Assembly: GCA_964584985.1 (NCBI GenBank)
Contig: CAZPBK010000001.1
Span: 60,742-124,741, forward strand
Source of the DNA: an uncultured Gammaproteobacteria bacterium
GTDB lineage: Bacteria > Patescibacteriota > Patescibacteriia > UBA11705 > JABHMO01
Direction of reading: 5' to 3'
DNA length: 64,000 nt
Part shown: in pieces, positions 45,772 to 54,904 of the stretch
How the letters are laid out: each line of letters starts with the position of its first letter
Numbering within the stretch: the first letter of the stretch is position 1
Program-made: the position numbers and the translations under genes
Notes under the pieces: generated by a model
Seen by the model: only the letters and a program-made list of their open reading frames with translations
Database searches by the model: none
What the model was told of the DNA's origin: nothing

Positions 45772-46406
45772 TTAATTTTTATCTTCTTGATTTACCAAGG
45801 GAACAAAAGCAAAACCGGGAAACTCTTTTTGTTCAAACTCCTTTTCCGCTCTTTTTTTAATTAGCCATAAACTGCTTTTTACCGGACAAACCAAACAGCC
45901 GCTGATTTTTAATTGTTCCAACCAAAATTCAGGTATTTGTTCTCCGGCGGCTGCGACAATAATTTTATCGTAGGGCGCGAATTCAGACAATCCTTTGCCG
46001 GCGTCAGTGCAAATAAATTTTACTCGCTGATATAGTTTTTTATATTTTTTTAAATTACTTTGACCGGATCTTTTTAATTGCTTAATCCTTTCCATCGCCA
46101 AAACTTGACCGTTTTTTCCCGCTAATTCGGCCAAAAGTCCGGTTTGCCAACCGCTACCGAACCTATCTCAAAAACTTTATCGCCATTTTTGACTTGTAAT
46201 TTTTCCAACATAAAAGCCACAGTGGCCGGCTGGGATATGGTTTGTCCCCGGCCAATGGGCAGCGGACGATTTTCATAAGCTTCACCTTTGTATTCCGGCG
46301 TAACAAAATCTTTTCTGTCCACTTTTTCAAAAACGTGAATAATCTCTTTGGACTGCAAATAGCCTGTATCAATTAATTGTTCAATCAATAAATGCATAAA
46401 AATCAT
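45772..46406 (-). pseudogene. pcm: Protein-L-isoaspartate O-methyltransferase (pcm) interrupted by a single-base (-1) frameshift
   Basis: ORF 46122..46406 encodes the Pcm N-terminus up to VFEIGS. ORF 45772..46134 encodes the remainder (AELAGKNGQVLAMERI...). Reading ggttcgg(g)tagcggttgg around 46147..46163 restores EIGSGSGWQTGLLAELAG. Confidence 0.7.
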
Positions 46407-47538
46407 TAAAAAAATTTTCCTCGGTAAACTCTTTGGCTTTTTTTAAACAATTTTCAGAAAACTCATTGAATTTTTGATCAATTAAATCTTCGGCTTTTGA
46501 AAATTTATAATAAAGATCCTTTTTATTTCCGGGGAAAAAGGTAAAACCGGTTTCTCCCGATTCAATCAATTCGCTAATTCCGCCAATTTTTGCGCCGATA
46601 ACCGGCACTCCGTTTTGATAAGCCAAAGGAATTACCGTAGGCGAATTTTCATAGCACAAGCTGGGGATTAATAAAAAATCAACTTTTTGAAAATTTTTTT
46701 CTAATTCCGATCCATGTTTTCGTCCCAAAATCTTAATGTTTTTTTGATCTTTTGGTTTTAAATTTCCCGAGCCCACAATAAGTAACTCACTATCAATTTC
46801 ATTTTCTTGCCAAAAATTAATCAACCAATCAAGGCCTTTGTGCTTTTCCCATTGCCCGATAAACAAATAACGCTTATTTTTACTTTTTTTCGGCTCAGAT
46901 TTTATTTTTCCGGACACCGGATTGTTTATTATTTTAATTTGAGAATTCGGGAAAAAGCCCTTTTCAGTGTAAAAGTCGGCCAACCAAACTGAAGGGGAAA
47001 TTACTTTTTCCGGCGAGCCAAAAGTCTTTTTGCATAATCTCTCATATTTTCTTATCGGCCAACCTTGAACCATAAAACTCTTTTCTTTTCCTTTAATTAA
47101 TAAACCGGAAGGCACGGAAAGCTGGACATCATGCAGATAATGAAAGTGTTTTATGCCCAAATCCCTGATCACTTTCGGTACTCGCAAACTCAATCCTTTT
47201 AAATTATGTGTAATTATTAAATCCGGTTTTTCTTTTTGTAAAATTTTTTTCACTGTTTTAGCGGCAAAAAAATTAAACAAATCAAAAATATGCCAAAAAA
47301 TCCTAATAAAAAACGGCCACTTATGGTCGTTTATATAATAAAATATATTCAAAGGCTTAAATCGATAAATTCTAATCCCAGCTTCAATTTTCTGTTTTAA
47401 ACCACTTTTTGGCTTGGTTGATATAACCAAAACATCTTCACCGCGTGCTTTTAGCCCTTCAGCCATAGTCTTAACTACATTTTCCGCTCCGCCGCGAGTA
47501 TAAGGTTCGTACAAATTACTGATTAAACAAATCTTCAT
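46381..47538 (-). CDS. Glycosyltransferase family 1 (GT4-like)
   Basis: N-terminal MKICLISNLYEPYTRGGAE and a C-terminal GT-B E...E motif region (IPSLCYENSPTVIPLAYQNGVPVI). Confidence 0.75.
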   Translation of the reverse strand: MKICLISNLYEPYTRGGAENVVKTMAEGLKARGEDVLVISTKPKSGLKQKIEAGIRIYRFKPLNIFYYINDHKWPFFIRIFWHIFDLFNFFAAKTVKKILQKEKPDLIITHNLKGLSLRVPKVIRDLGIKHFHYLHDVQLSVPSGLLIKGKEKSFMVQGWPIRKYERLCKKTFGSPEKVISPSVWLADFYTEKGFFPNSQIKIINNPVSGKIKSEPKKSKNKRYLFIGQWEKHKGLDWLINFWQENEIDSELLIVGSGNLKPKDQKNIKILGRKHGSELEKNFQKVDFLLIPSLCYENSPTVIPLAYQNGVPVIGAKIGGISELIESGETGFTFFPGNKKDLYYKFSKAEDLIDQKFNEFSENCLKKAKEFTEENFFNDFYAFID

Positions 47539-47544
47539 GGCTTA

Positions 47545-48525
47545 TTAATTTTTATGCGGACGCAAAGATAAAATATCGCACTTACCGCAATATATTTTTT
47601 GATTTTTTCTAAATTTTTGAAATTTTTTACTTTGCCAAATATCTTTTAAATCCTGCTCAACCAGATTCCCGATTACCAACTTGGGCAAACCGCAACACGG
47701 CGTCACCTGTCCGTTAACATTAATATATACATCATTAAAAGTTCGCAAACAATAATGACCAAACCTGTGCAAAAAAGGCTTTACCAGCTTATATAATATT
47801 TTTTGCCACCCGCTAAAGGCAGTATGAGGTACAAAGTCCAATCCCACCGAACTGTTTTTTAACTTTTTTTCAAGTTTTTTAATAGCTTTTTTTTCGCTTT
47901 TTAAATCAGGGCGATCAAAATCATGAAACCTTATATCCAATCTGGTTAAACGAAGACGATCCACCTTGTTCTCCTTGGCAAACTCAGCAATATCCATTAA
48001 ATCATTCAAATTGTCCTTCATCAAAACGGTTTGTAGATTAATCTTGGTTTCAGACTTATTTTTCGCCAGCAAGTCAGCAAACTGCTTAATATTTTTTATT
48101 TGTTGACGACTGTCATGTCCTTGATAATCCGCCTTGGGCTTAATACTTTCCACGGAAAAACTCACTTCGTCCACTCCGGAGATCAAGAGTTGTTTTTGTT
48201 TCTCTTCGGTCAAAAGAGCGGCGTTGGATGTAAAACGAACCTTTTTCCCTTTTTCTTTAGCCACCTGAATCATTTTTAATAAATCCGGATGCAACAAAGG
48301 CTCTCCCCACCCGGTTAAAATAACATCCTCAACTGAATTCAAACCGACCAATATTTTTTTAAAAAAATCAAAGTCCATCTGCTTTATTAAAACTTTCAAA
48401 TCATGCCGCTGGCACATCGGACAATTAAAATTGCATTTATTGGTAATACTAATCTGAGCGGTTTTGGGATTTTGAGGAATAATGTAAAAAATCCGCCCAA
48501 GAACTTCTTTGATTAATTTCAGCAT
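47545..48525 (-). CDS. Radical SAM protein with C-terminal SPASM-like Cys cluster
   Basis: ITNKCNFNCPMCQ (CxxxCxxC) at the N-terminus. The C-terminal Cys cluster reads TPCCGLP...CGKCD. Confidence 0.7.
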   Translation of the reverse strand: MLKLIKEVLGRIFYIIPQNPKTAQISITNKCNFNCPMCQRHDLKVLIKQMDFDFFKKILVGLNSVEDVILTGWGEPLLHPDLLKMIQVAKEKGKKVRFTSNAALLTEEKQKQLLISGVDEVSFSVESIKPKADYQGHDSRQQIKNIKQFADLLAKNKSETKINLQTVLMKDNLNDLMDIAEFAKENKVDRLRLTRLDIRFHDFDRPDLKSEKKAIKKLEKKLKNSSVGLDFVPHTAFSGWQKILYKLVKPFLHRFGHYCLRTFNDVYINVNGQVTPCCGLPKLVIGNLVEQDLKDIWQSKKFQKFRKNQKIYCGKCDILSLRPHKN

Positions 48526-49679
48526 AAATCTATATATATTTTTTCCAACTGATCAATGATCACCGACCAGCGATATTTTTTTTCAACGGTCTTAGCTCCG
48601 GTGGAACCAAACAATTTGATTTTTTTTGGATTTGCCACCAAATAACCGATCTTATTGGCAATATCTCGACTGTTGCCCGGCTCCATTAAAAGACCGTTTA
48701 TTCCCGGATCCACAACAGCTCTGACACCCTTTAAATTAGAAGCCAAAACAGGCTTACCACAAGCCATGGCCTCTACCAAAACAATACCAAAAGCTTCCGA
48801 GCTATTTATGGAGGGCAGAATAAACATATCTGATAAGTTATAATAATCCACTTTTACTTTATCAGGGATATAACCGGTAAAAATTACGCGATCATTAACC
48901 TTAAGATCATTAGCCATTTTTTGGTAATCTTTTTTCAAACGACCCCGCCCGACTATTAAGGCTTTTACCTTTTTGTCGTCAATCAGGGAAATTGCTTTAA
49001 TTAAAAAATTCACCCCCTTAAAATAATGATTTTGCCCCAGTCCGCCCAAAAACATTACTATTTTGTCATCTTGGTCAAAACCATACTTTTTCAAAAGAGC
49101 AATATTCTTTTCTTTGGGATTAAATCTTCTGGGCGCACCAAACGGCAATTCAACAAATTTTCCCAAATTTTGAAAATAATATTTTTGCACATTGGAAGCT
49201 TCAATATAATCAAAAGAGGAAACAATGATCTTATCAGCCATCTTTAAAAGTTGCTTCAAGAATATTCTTCTGGTAATTTTTTCATAAACGCCTTTCCAGC
49301 CTTTTAAATGCACATCCTGGTGGTAACTGACCACCAGCTTAATCTTGTCTTTTTTTAATCGTTTAAGCAAACAAACAAAAAAAGCACTACCAAAAAGCGG
49401 ATGATGATAATGAACAATATCATACTTCCATAATCGCCATATTAACTGTGGCATAACCGCTCCGAGTCCGGAGCGCAACCAAGGAATCAGTTTTTTTATT
49501 TTGTATTGTCTATCGCCAAAATCAACCCCAGCTTTTGGCAATAAAACAGTTACCTCATGCCCTCTTTTGGCCAATTGTTCAGCATAAGAATGCGCCACCA
49601 TGCCCAGTCCCCCGGCCTGAGGCGGTAACATGCAAACCACCTGAGCTATTTTTAATTTTTTTTCCTGTTTATTATTCAT
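48519..49679 (-). CDS. Glycosyltransferase family 1
   Basis: GT-B fold pattern including PSINSSEAFGIVLVEAMACGKPVLAS (E-x7-E motif). Confidence 0.75.
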   Translation of the reverse strand: MNNKQEKKLKIAQVVCMLPPQAGGLGMVAHSYAEQLAKRGHEVTVLLPKAGVDFGDRQYKIKKLIPWLRSGLGAVMPQLIWRLWKYDIVHYHHPLFGSAFFVCLLKRLKKDKIKLVVSYHQDVHLKGWKGVYEKITRRIFLKQLLKMADKIIVSSFDYIEASNVQKYYFQNLGKFVELPFGAPRRFNPKEKNIALLKKYGFDQDDKIVMFLGGLGQNHYFKGVNFLIKAISLIDDKKVKALIVGRGRLKKDYQKMANDLKVNDRVIFTGYIPDKVKVDYYNLSDMFILPSINSSEAFGIVLVEAMACGKPVLASNLKGVRAVVDPGINGLLMEPGNSRDIANKIGYLVANPKKIKLFGSTGAKTVEKKYRWSVIIDQLEKIYIDLC

Positions 49680-50307
49680 TTGTTGCCTGGTCTTCCTTTT
49701 TTTCTTGATTAAAACTTGTTGGATTTAAAATTTCTTTGTTTTTCTCCTTATTTTGGGTGACAAACAAAGGCTCGCAAGTGGATATTAAATCATCGGATAA
49801 TACCGTACAAGTATTTACATAATTAACCGGTTCCAAATCAACCTCTTCTTCTCCCAAAAACTGTTCCTCATGATAATTTTGAACTATGCATTCTCCTTTA
49901 TCATTGGAACGCAAAACCCTAACCAAGGAATAGGAAACAGTTTTTTCTTTTGTCTGAGCCAAATCGTCAACCAATAAGATATTTCGTCTCTGACAATTGT
50001 CAAAAGATTCCTTAAAACATTTTTTTACTTTAGAATTACTTTTTCCGGCAACCAACTCTCCGTTTTTATCTTGACTTTCATACCAAATTCCGCAAGTTTT
50101 TTCTTGCGCATTATAAAAATGCTCCACCGGCATAGCTACTGCATAACGAAAAGATCTTTTTAATTGCATTTGCGAATTGGGATAAACAAACTTGAAAAAG
50201 GCCAATACGGCCACAATTACCACCAATACGGCTAACCAAATTGCTTTTTTCATATTTTTTGATTCTACCATCTTATTATTAACTTTATTATTTTGTAATA
50301 CCCCCAC
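49672..50307 (-). CDS. Membrane-anchored Cys-containing hypothetical protein
   Basis: One N-terminal TM helix (AIWLAVLVVIVAVLAFF) and a 170-aa extracytoplasmic domain with 8 Cys. Confidence 0.4.
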   Translation of the reverse strand: MGVLQNNKVNNKMVESKNMKKAIWLAVLVVIVAVLAFFKFVYPNSQMQLKRSFRYAVAMPVEHFYNAQEKTCGIWYESQDKNGELVAGKSNSKVKKCFKESFDNCQRRNILLVDDLAQTKEKTVSYSLVRVLRSNDKGECIVQNYHEEQFLGEEEVDLEPVNYVNTCTVLSDDLISTCEPLFVTQNKEKNKEILNPTSFNQEKKEDQATNE

Positions 50308-51329
50308 ATTAAGGGATTAATAATTTTATTTAAAATAATGTTTTCTATTTCTTGAAATTTTATTTCCTTAACCATGTCCGGTAAAACTTGACTGTCTTTT
50401 TTTTCTCTTAAATTTTTAATTTGTTTTTTTGCTCTATGTATTTTTTTCCAGGTGGATGGTCTTAAAAAATAACCTTTTATTCTTAACTTTTGCCACAACC
50501 AACCTCCGAACAAAGAATAAACAATCATTCCCAGTTCCAGAAATATCACTATGGGCAAAAGCAGTAACACCGTTGCAAGCTTATAATATGTAAACAAAGC
50601 CAAATAACGATTACGCTCCATATAGTAAATCATGCGCACACTGCGAGAAAACTCATACTTATGATAAACTACTGATTTATCGGCCAAATAAACTTCATAT
50701 CCGGCCAATTTAGCTCGCCAGCCCATTTCTAGATCATCATGATACATAAAATATTCCTCATTGTACAGACCGATTTTATCCACGACTTTTCTGTCGGTAA
50801 TATAAGAACAACCACTGGCATAACCTTTTATTCGGCTAATTTCGGGACGATCCGCCGAATCTGATTTTTTATAACCGCGAGTAAAACCAAAACCCAAATA
50901 ATGCAGTTCATTGCCCAAAGAGTTAATTTTCGCCTTGTTAAAATTACCGTCTTCAGGATAAAGTAAAATCTTTGATTGAACCATCCCCGGATTTTTCGCA
51001 CCCTCAAAAGCCTTAACTAAATTCTCCAACCAAAATCGATCAAATCGCGTATCCATATTGGCAATCACATATAGATCAATCCCCTGTTCCCGCGCTTTTT
51101 TTATTCCCGCGTTATTAGCCGCCGCATAATTACCGTCTTTTCTGGGAATAATTTCCGCTTCCGGATATTTTTGCTTTAAATATTTTTCAGAATCTTCAGA
51201 GCTGGCATTGTCCACAATAAAAACCTTGAAATCTTTATAACTTTGTTCTTGCAAACTTTGCCGGCATTCACTTAAAAACTTTTTGGCATAATCCTTATAA
51301 TTAACTAAAATAACCGCTGTTTTTTTCAT
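50265..51329 (-). CDS. Glycosyltransferase family 2 with C-terminal TM region
   Basis: AVILVNYKDY, VFIVDNASSEDS and later GT-A motifs, then TM helices at the C-terminus. Confidence 0.7.
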   Translation of the reverse strand: MKKTAVILVNYKDYAKKFLSECRQSLQEQSYKDFKVFIVDNASSEDSEKYLKQKYPEAEIIPRKDGNYAAANNAGIKKAREQGIDLYVIANMDTRFDRFWLENLVKAFEGAKNPGMVQSKILLYPEDGNFNKAKINSLGNELHYLGFGFTRGYKKSDSADRPEISRIKGYASGCSYITDRKVVDKIGLYNEEYFMYHDDLEMGWRAKLAGYEVYLADKSVVYHKYEFSRSVRMIYYMERNRYLALFTYYKLATVLLLLPIVIFLELGMIVYSLFGGWLWQKLRIKGYFLRPSTWKKIHRAKKQIKNLREKKDSQVLPDMVKEIKFQEIENIILNKIINPLMWGYYKIIKLIIRW

Positions 51330-51332
51330 AAA

Positions 51333-51677
51333 CTAATTTTCTCCTTGATTTTTTTTAGTGGAATCAACCGCGATTTTCCCGACCAATTCAGTCATTTTTT
51401 CTTCTATTTTATTTAATTTTAAATTCAAACGAAAACCGGCGTAAAACAAGATAATCACTGCTAAATAAATAATCAAATCTACTCCCCGACCCACTCCTAT
51501 CATGTTGGCCACATAACTCACGCTCATGGGAAAAATATCAATCAATGCCACAATTAGCCAAAGTAATGTCCAAAATCCAAACAACCAAACTGAAATTTGT
51601 TTTTGCTTAAGTTTAACCGCTGCCCTGAAAATAACAAAAGCGATAAACAACAATATCAAAACTTGAAAAACAGACAT
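51333..51677 (-). CDS. Small membrane protein of the DUF2304 type that accompanies GT2 genes
   Basis: 114 aa with 3 TM helices, tightly coupled between two GT2 genes. The family name is recalled from memory. Confidence 0.45.
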   Translation of the reverse strand: MSVFQVLILLFIAFVIFRAAVKLKQKQISVWLFGFWTLLWLIVALIDIFPMSVSYVANMIGVGRGVDLIIYLAVIILFYAGFRLNLKLNKIEEKMTELVGKIAVDSTKKNQGEN

Positions 51678-51679
51678 AG

Positions 51680-52342
51680 CTAATTTAATAATTTATTAAT
51701 CATCATTTTCCAGCCCATACTTATTTTCGGTTTAACTTTTTTGTTAGTTGCATACTCATCATAATTAACCACAATGGAAACCTCGGTGCAATTTAAGTTT
51801 TTCTTTTTTATATTCTGCATTATTTCACTACAATGCATAAAATCATTTTTTCGCCAATATAAATCCTTATAAACTCGAGTTCGAAAAGCTCTTAACCCAC
51901 TTTGCGGATCACTGAATTGCAGATCCAACACCTTTTTGGAAAAAATCCGAGCCAAGCCTAAAATTATCTTCTTTTTCCCCGGCAGATCGCTTTTTTTCTG
52001 CAAAAACCTGGAGCCGATCACTACTTCAGATCCGGCCTTAAGTTGATTAACCAGTTTTTCAATATCTTTAACTCTATGCTGTCCGTCGGCGTCAAAATGT
52101 ACCACAAAATCATAACCGGCGCCAACGGCAAACTCACTACCTGTTCTAAGCGCCGCCCCCTGTCCCAAATTGACCAAATGTCTGGTTCGATAAATCGGCA
52201 AATCACCCAAATTTTTCCAAGTTGCGTCTCTGCTACCATCATCCACCACCAAAACATCATAACCGTTTTGACAAAGATCTTTAACCGTGACAAATATTCT
52301 TTTTTGTTCATTATAAGCGGGAATCACCACCAAAGTTTTCAT
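51680..52342 (-). CDS. Glycosyltransferase family 2 (DPM1-like soluble catalytic domain)
   Basis: LVVIPAYNEQKRI, VLVVDDGSRD and DADGQH motifs. Confidence 0.75.
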   Translation of the reverse strand: MKTLVVIPAYNEQKRIFVTVKDLCQNGYDVLVVDDGSRDATWKNLGDLPIYRTRHLVNLGQGAALRTGSEFAVGAGYDFVVHFDADGQHRVKDIEKLVNQLKAGSEVVIGSRFLQKKSDLPGKKKIILGLARIFSKKVLDLQFSDPQSGLRAFRTRVYKDLYWRKNDFMHCSEIMQNIKKKNLNCTEVSIVVNYDEYATNKKVKPKISMGWKMMINKLLN

Positions 52343-52343
52343 A

Positions 52344-53348
52344 TTAAATATCTGTACTAAAAGTTAAAAGATTTTTATGTGCTTTGGTAAAATCAATGGT
52401 TTTTTGCAAACCGTCTTCCAGAGTCACCACCGGAATCCACCCGAGATCCTCTTTGATTTTGGTAATGTCCGGCAAGGCCAACTCCCTCATAAAAAGCTCT
52501 TTTTCAGCTGTCTTTATCTCAGACTTGGAATTAGTCAAATCTATGATTTTTTCAGCAATATCACCTATTTTATAAACATCCGTACTCCCCACATTCACCG
52601 GCTCTTTAATATCGGATCTCATTACTTTTAAGCATCCTTCCACCGCATCGCTGACATAACATAGAGAAGTGGTGAAATCCTTGGTACCATAGATTGTTAA
52701 ATTCTTATTTTCCAGAGCGTTGATAATAAAATCCGGTATCATTTGCCCATCATCCAAAAGCATTTTTGGCCCATAAGTTCTAAAAAATCTGATCGTACGC
52801 ACTTCCAAACCCTTGATTTCAGCATAAGTTCTGACCACTGTTTCGGCATATCTTTTTCCTTCATCATAACAGGCTCTGGGATCATCCAAGCGAGAAATGC
52901 CTTGAAAATCTTCTTTCACAAATTCGTCTTTGGGGGTTTCTCCGTACACCACCGAAGAAGAAGCCTGTAAAAATCTGGCTTGATATTTAACCGCTATATC
53001 CAAAGCATTAATCAAGCCCAAAGTCTGGGTCCTAACCGTATCCAATTTTAATTTTTCAAAATTTTTAACCGAAGTGGGACAAGCTAAATTATAAACCTCT
53101 TGAATCCCAAAAACTTTTAATTGTAAAGAAGCCAGCTCCTTGTTGTTTTCCAAATTTAATTTTTCGGTTATATCAGCTTTGATAAACTTAAAATTAGGTG
53201 CTCTTAACAAATGATTAATATTATTTTCCGAACTGGTGACAAAGTTGTCCACACAGATAACATTAGATTCGGAAAGCAATCTTTCACATAAATGCGCACC
53301 GATAAAACCGGCTCCGCCGATCACTAAAATATTTTTTTTATTGTCCAT
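52344..53348 (-). CDS. NAD-dependent epimerase/dehydratase of the UDP-glucuronate decarboxylase (UXS) family, paralogue of 34396..35334
   Basis: GGAGFIGAHLCERLL and the ACYDEGKRYAE motif shared with the uxs gene. 334 aa. Confidence 0.75.
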   Translation of the reverse strand: MDNKKNILVIGGAGFIGAHLCERLLSESNVICVDNFVTSSENNINHLLRAPNFKFIKADITEKLNLENNKELASLQLKVFGIQEVYNLACPTSVKNFEKLKLDTVRTQTLGLINALDIAVKYQARFLQASSSVVYGETPKDEFVKEDFQGISRLDDPRACYDEGKRYAETVVRTYAEIKGLEVRTIRFFRTYGPKMLLDDGQMIPDFIINALENKNLTIYGTKDFTTSLCYVSDAVEGCLKVMRSDIKEPVNVGSTDVYKIGDIAEKIIDLTNSKSEIKTAEKELFMRELALPDITKIKEDLGWIPVVTLEDGLQKTIDFTKAHKNLLTFSTDI

Positions 53349-53412
53349 AAGGCAAAAAATTAATTTTTAGGCTTATTTTATACTCTTATTTTAACTTTTT
53401 TTATAAATAAAA

Positions 53413-53610
53413 TCAAACCTGAGATTTATATTCCCCTTCTTCCAAAATCAACCAAAGGATTCCGCTGATAACCGCCAAAACCACCAACCAACCAAAATCA
53501 AAGTAATATCTGATAAAACCGTCTTGAATATTGTCAATCAAATAAAAAAGTCCCAAAAAGATTAAATCTATCCAAAAAAATTCCTTAAAAAAAATTCTTA
53601 AATACTGCAT
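53413..53610 (-). CDS. Small membrane protein (2 TM), candidate
   Basis: 65 aa, hydrophobic, co-directional with the cluster. Confidence 0.3.
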   Translation of the reverse strand: MQYLRIFFKEFFWIDLIFLGLFYLIDNIQDGFIRYYFDFGWLVVLAVISGILWLILEEGEYKSQV

Positions 53611-53644
53611 ATTTTAATACTTGTTTTTTACAATTATCCCCGGT

Positions 53645-54904
53645 TTATTCAAATTCAATCTTAATACGGTTAATCTTAAACTTTTGTTCATCCAAACGGG
53701 CAAAAGGCACCCAAAAACTAAAAATAAAACGATCAAAATCTCCATAAGAGTAATAGTTTTTCGGAGACAATAAAAATTCCAAACTCTTAGTTTGCCAATC
53801 ATCTGAATTTTCATTGTTAACTTGAGCGTTCTCTTTCTTGTCCTGAAAACTGAAATGATCAAACGGTTTAAAAGAAATAAAACCGTTGGTACGCATTTTT
53901 AAATCTCCAATTTTTGAATAAACCTTTACCGGCTTGGAATAATCACGCAAATCAGCGGTTTTATATTTTAAAATCTCGTTTAATTGAAATTCTTGACTAT
54001 TTAATAAAATGGTTTGCTTGCTTTCCCTGTGCGGAGTAAAAAAACTCAAATAATCGGCTTGAACCCAAAATTCGGAGTATTCTTTTTTCTTTAATTGCGG
54101 ATAATGGATCGAAAGATCTTCGGTCAAGAATATCTTGTCGGAAAACAAAACAACCGGGGAATTTATTTTTATACTGTTGGTCACAACATCTTCACCCGCT
54201 TTCCAACTTAATTTATACCAACCTTTTTGACCCAAAAATTCTTGAACACCAAAATTGCTCAAAAAATTTAATTGGCCGTTCCCCTCGGCAACACCATCGT
54301 CTTTAATTATTTCATGGTAAATCTGCGTCTCCCGATCAAAAATCTCTAACTCTACAGGATCGGCTCCGGCATGACGATTTATATCAAAATGCTCAATCTC
54401 TAAATCCAGTAAATCTTTATCAGCCCAAAAATAAAACTCAAAAGAACCGCGCAATCGAATGTTTATATCGGTTGATTTTTGTTGATCTTTTTTTACGCTC
54501 GGCAATCGCTTATTTAACATGCTCCGGGGATCTGACAAAACTCGCCAATCATATTCTCCGGTACTTGGGTTTTCCAATTTACCCAATTCAATCGGCTGAC
54601 CTGATTTATTTTTATATTCAATACTAACCCGACCTCGGGTGAAATTATTTTTAACTTTTACTTCAAAATGCACCGGATAACCGCGTACCGCCTGATAATT
54701 TCGCCCGGTTTCATCTTTTTGCGGCAAAACCAGACTTTCATTGGGATAAAGCCGGGAAATAAAACGATTGTCACGGACAAAATCATAACTATGCTCCCAC
54801 GGTGTTAAAACAGCCAGATTCTTATCAATAATAAACACACTCAACCCCAAAAAGCCTGAAAAAATCACAATAGTTGTTAACCATTTAAAAGTTTTAATCT
54901 TCAT
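53645..54904 (-). CDS. Membrane-anchored hypothetical protein
   Basis: N-terminal TM (LTTIVIFSGFLGLSVFII) and a ~390-aa extracytoplasmic domain. Overlaps the GT39 gene start, consistent with translational coupling. Confidence 0.45.
   Translation of the reverse strand: MKIKTFKWLTTIVIFSGFLGLSVFIIDKNLAVLTPWEHSYDFVRDNRFISRLYPNESLVLPQKDETGRNYQAVRGYPVHFEVKVKNNFTRGRVSIEYKNKSGQPIELGKLENPSTGEYDWRVLSDPRSMLNKRLPSVKKDQQKSTDINIRLRGSFEFYFWADKDLLDLEIEHFDINRHAGADPVELEIFDRETQIYHEIIKDDGVAEGNGQLNFLSNFGVQEFLGQKGWYKLSWKAGEDVVTNSIKINSPVVLFSDKIFLTEDLSIHYPQLKKKEYSEFWVQADYLSFFTPHRESKQTILLNSQEFQLNEILKYKTADLRDYSKPVKVYSKIGDLKMRTNGFISFKPFDHFSFQDKKENAQVNNENSDDWQTKSLEFLLSPKNYYSYGDFDRFIFSFWVPFARLDEQKFKINRIKIEFE

Noticed and set aside
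46163-46372. 69-aa ORF on the minus strand overlapping pcm
   Set aside because: It is an alternative frame of the pcm coding region with no motif. It is explained by the frameshifted pcm reading.
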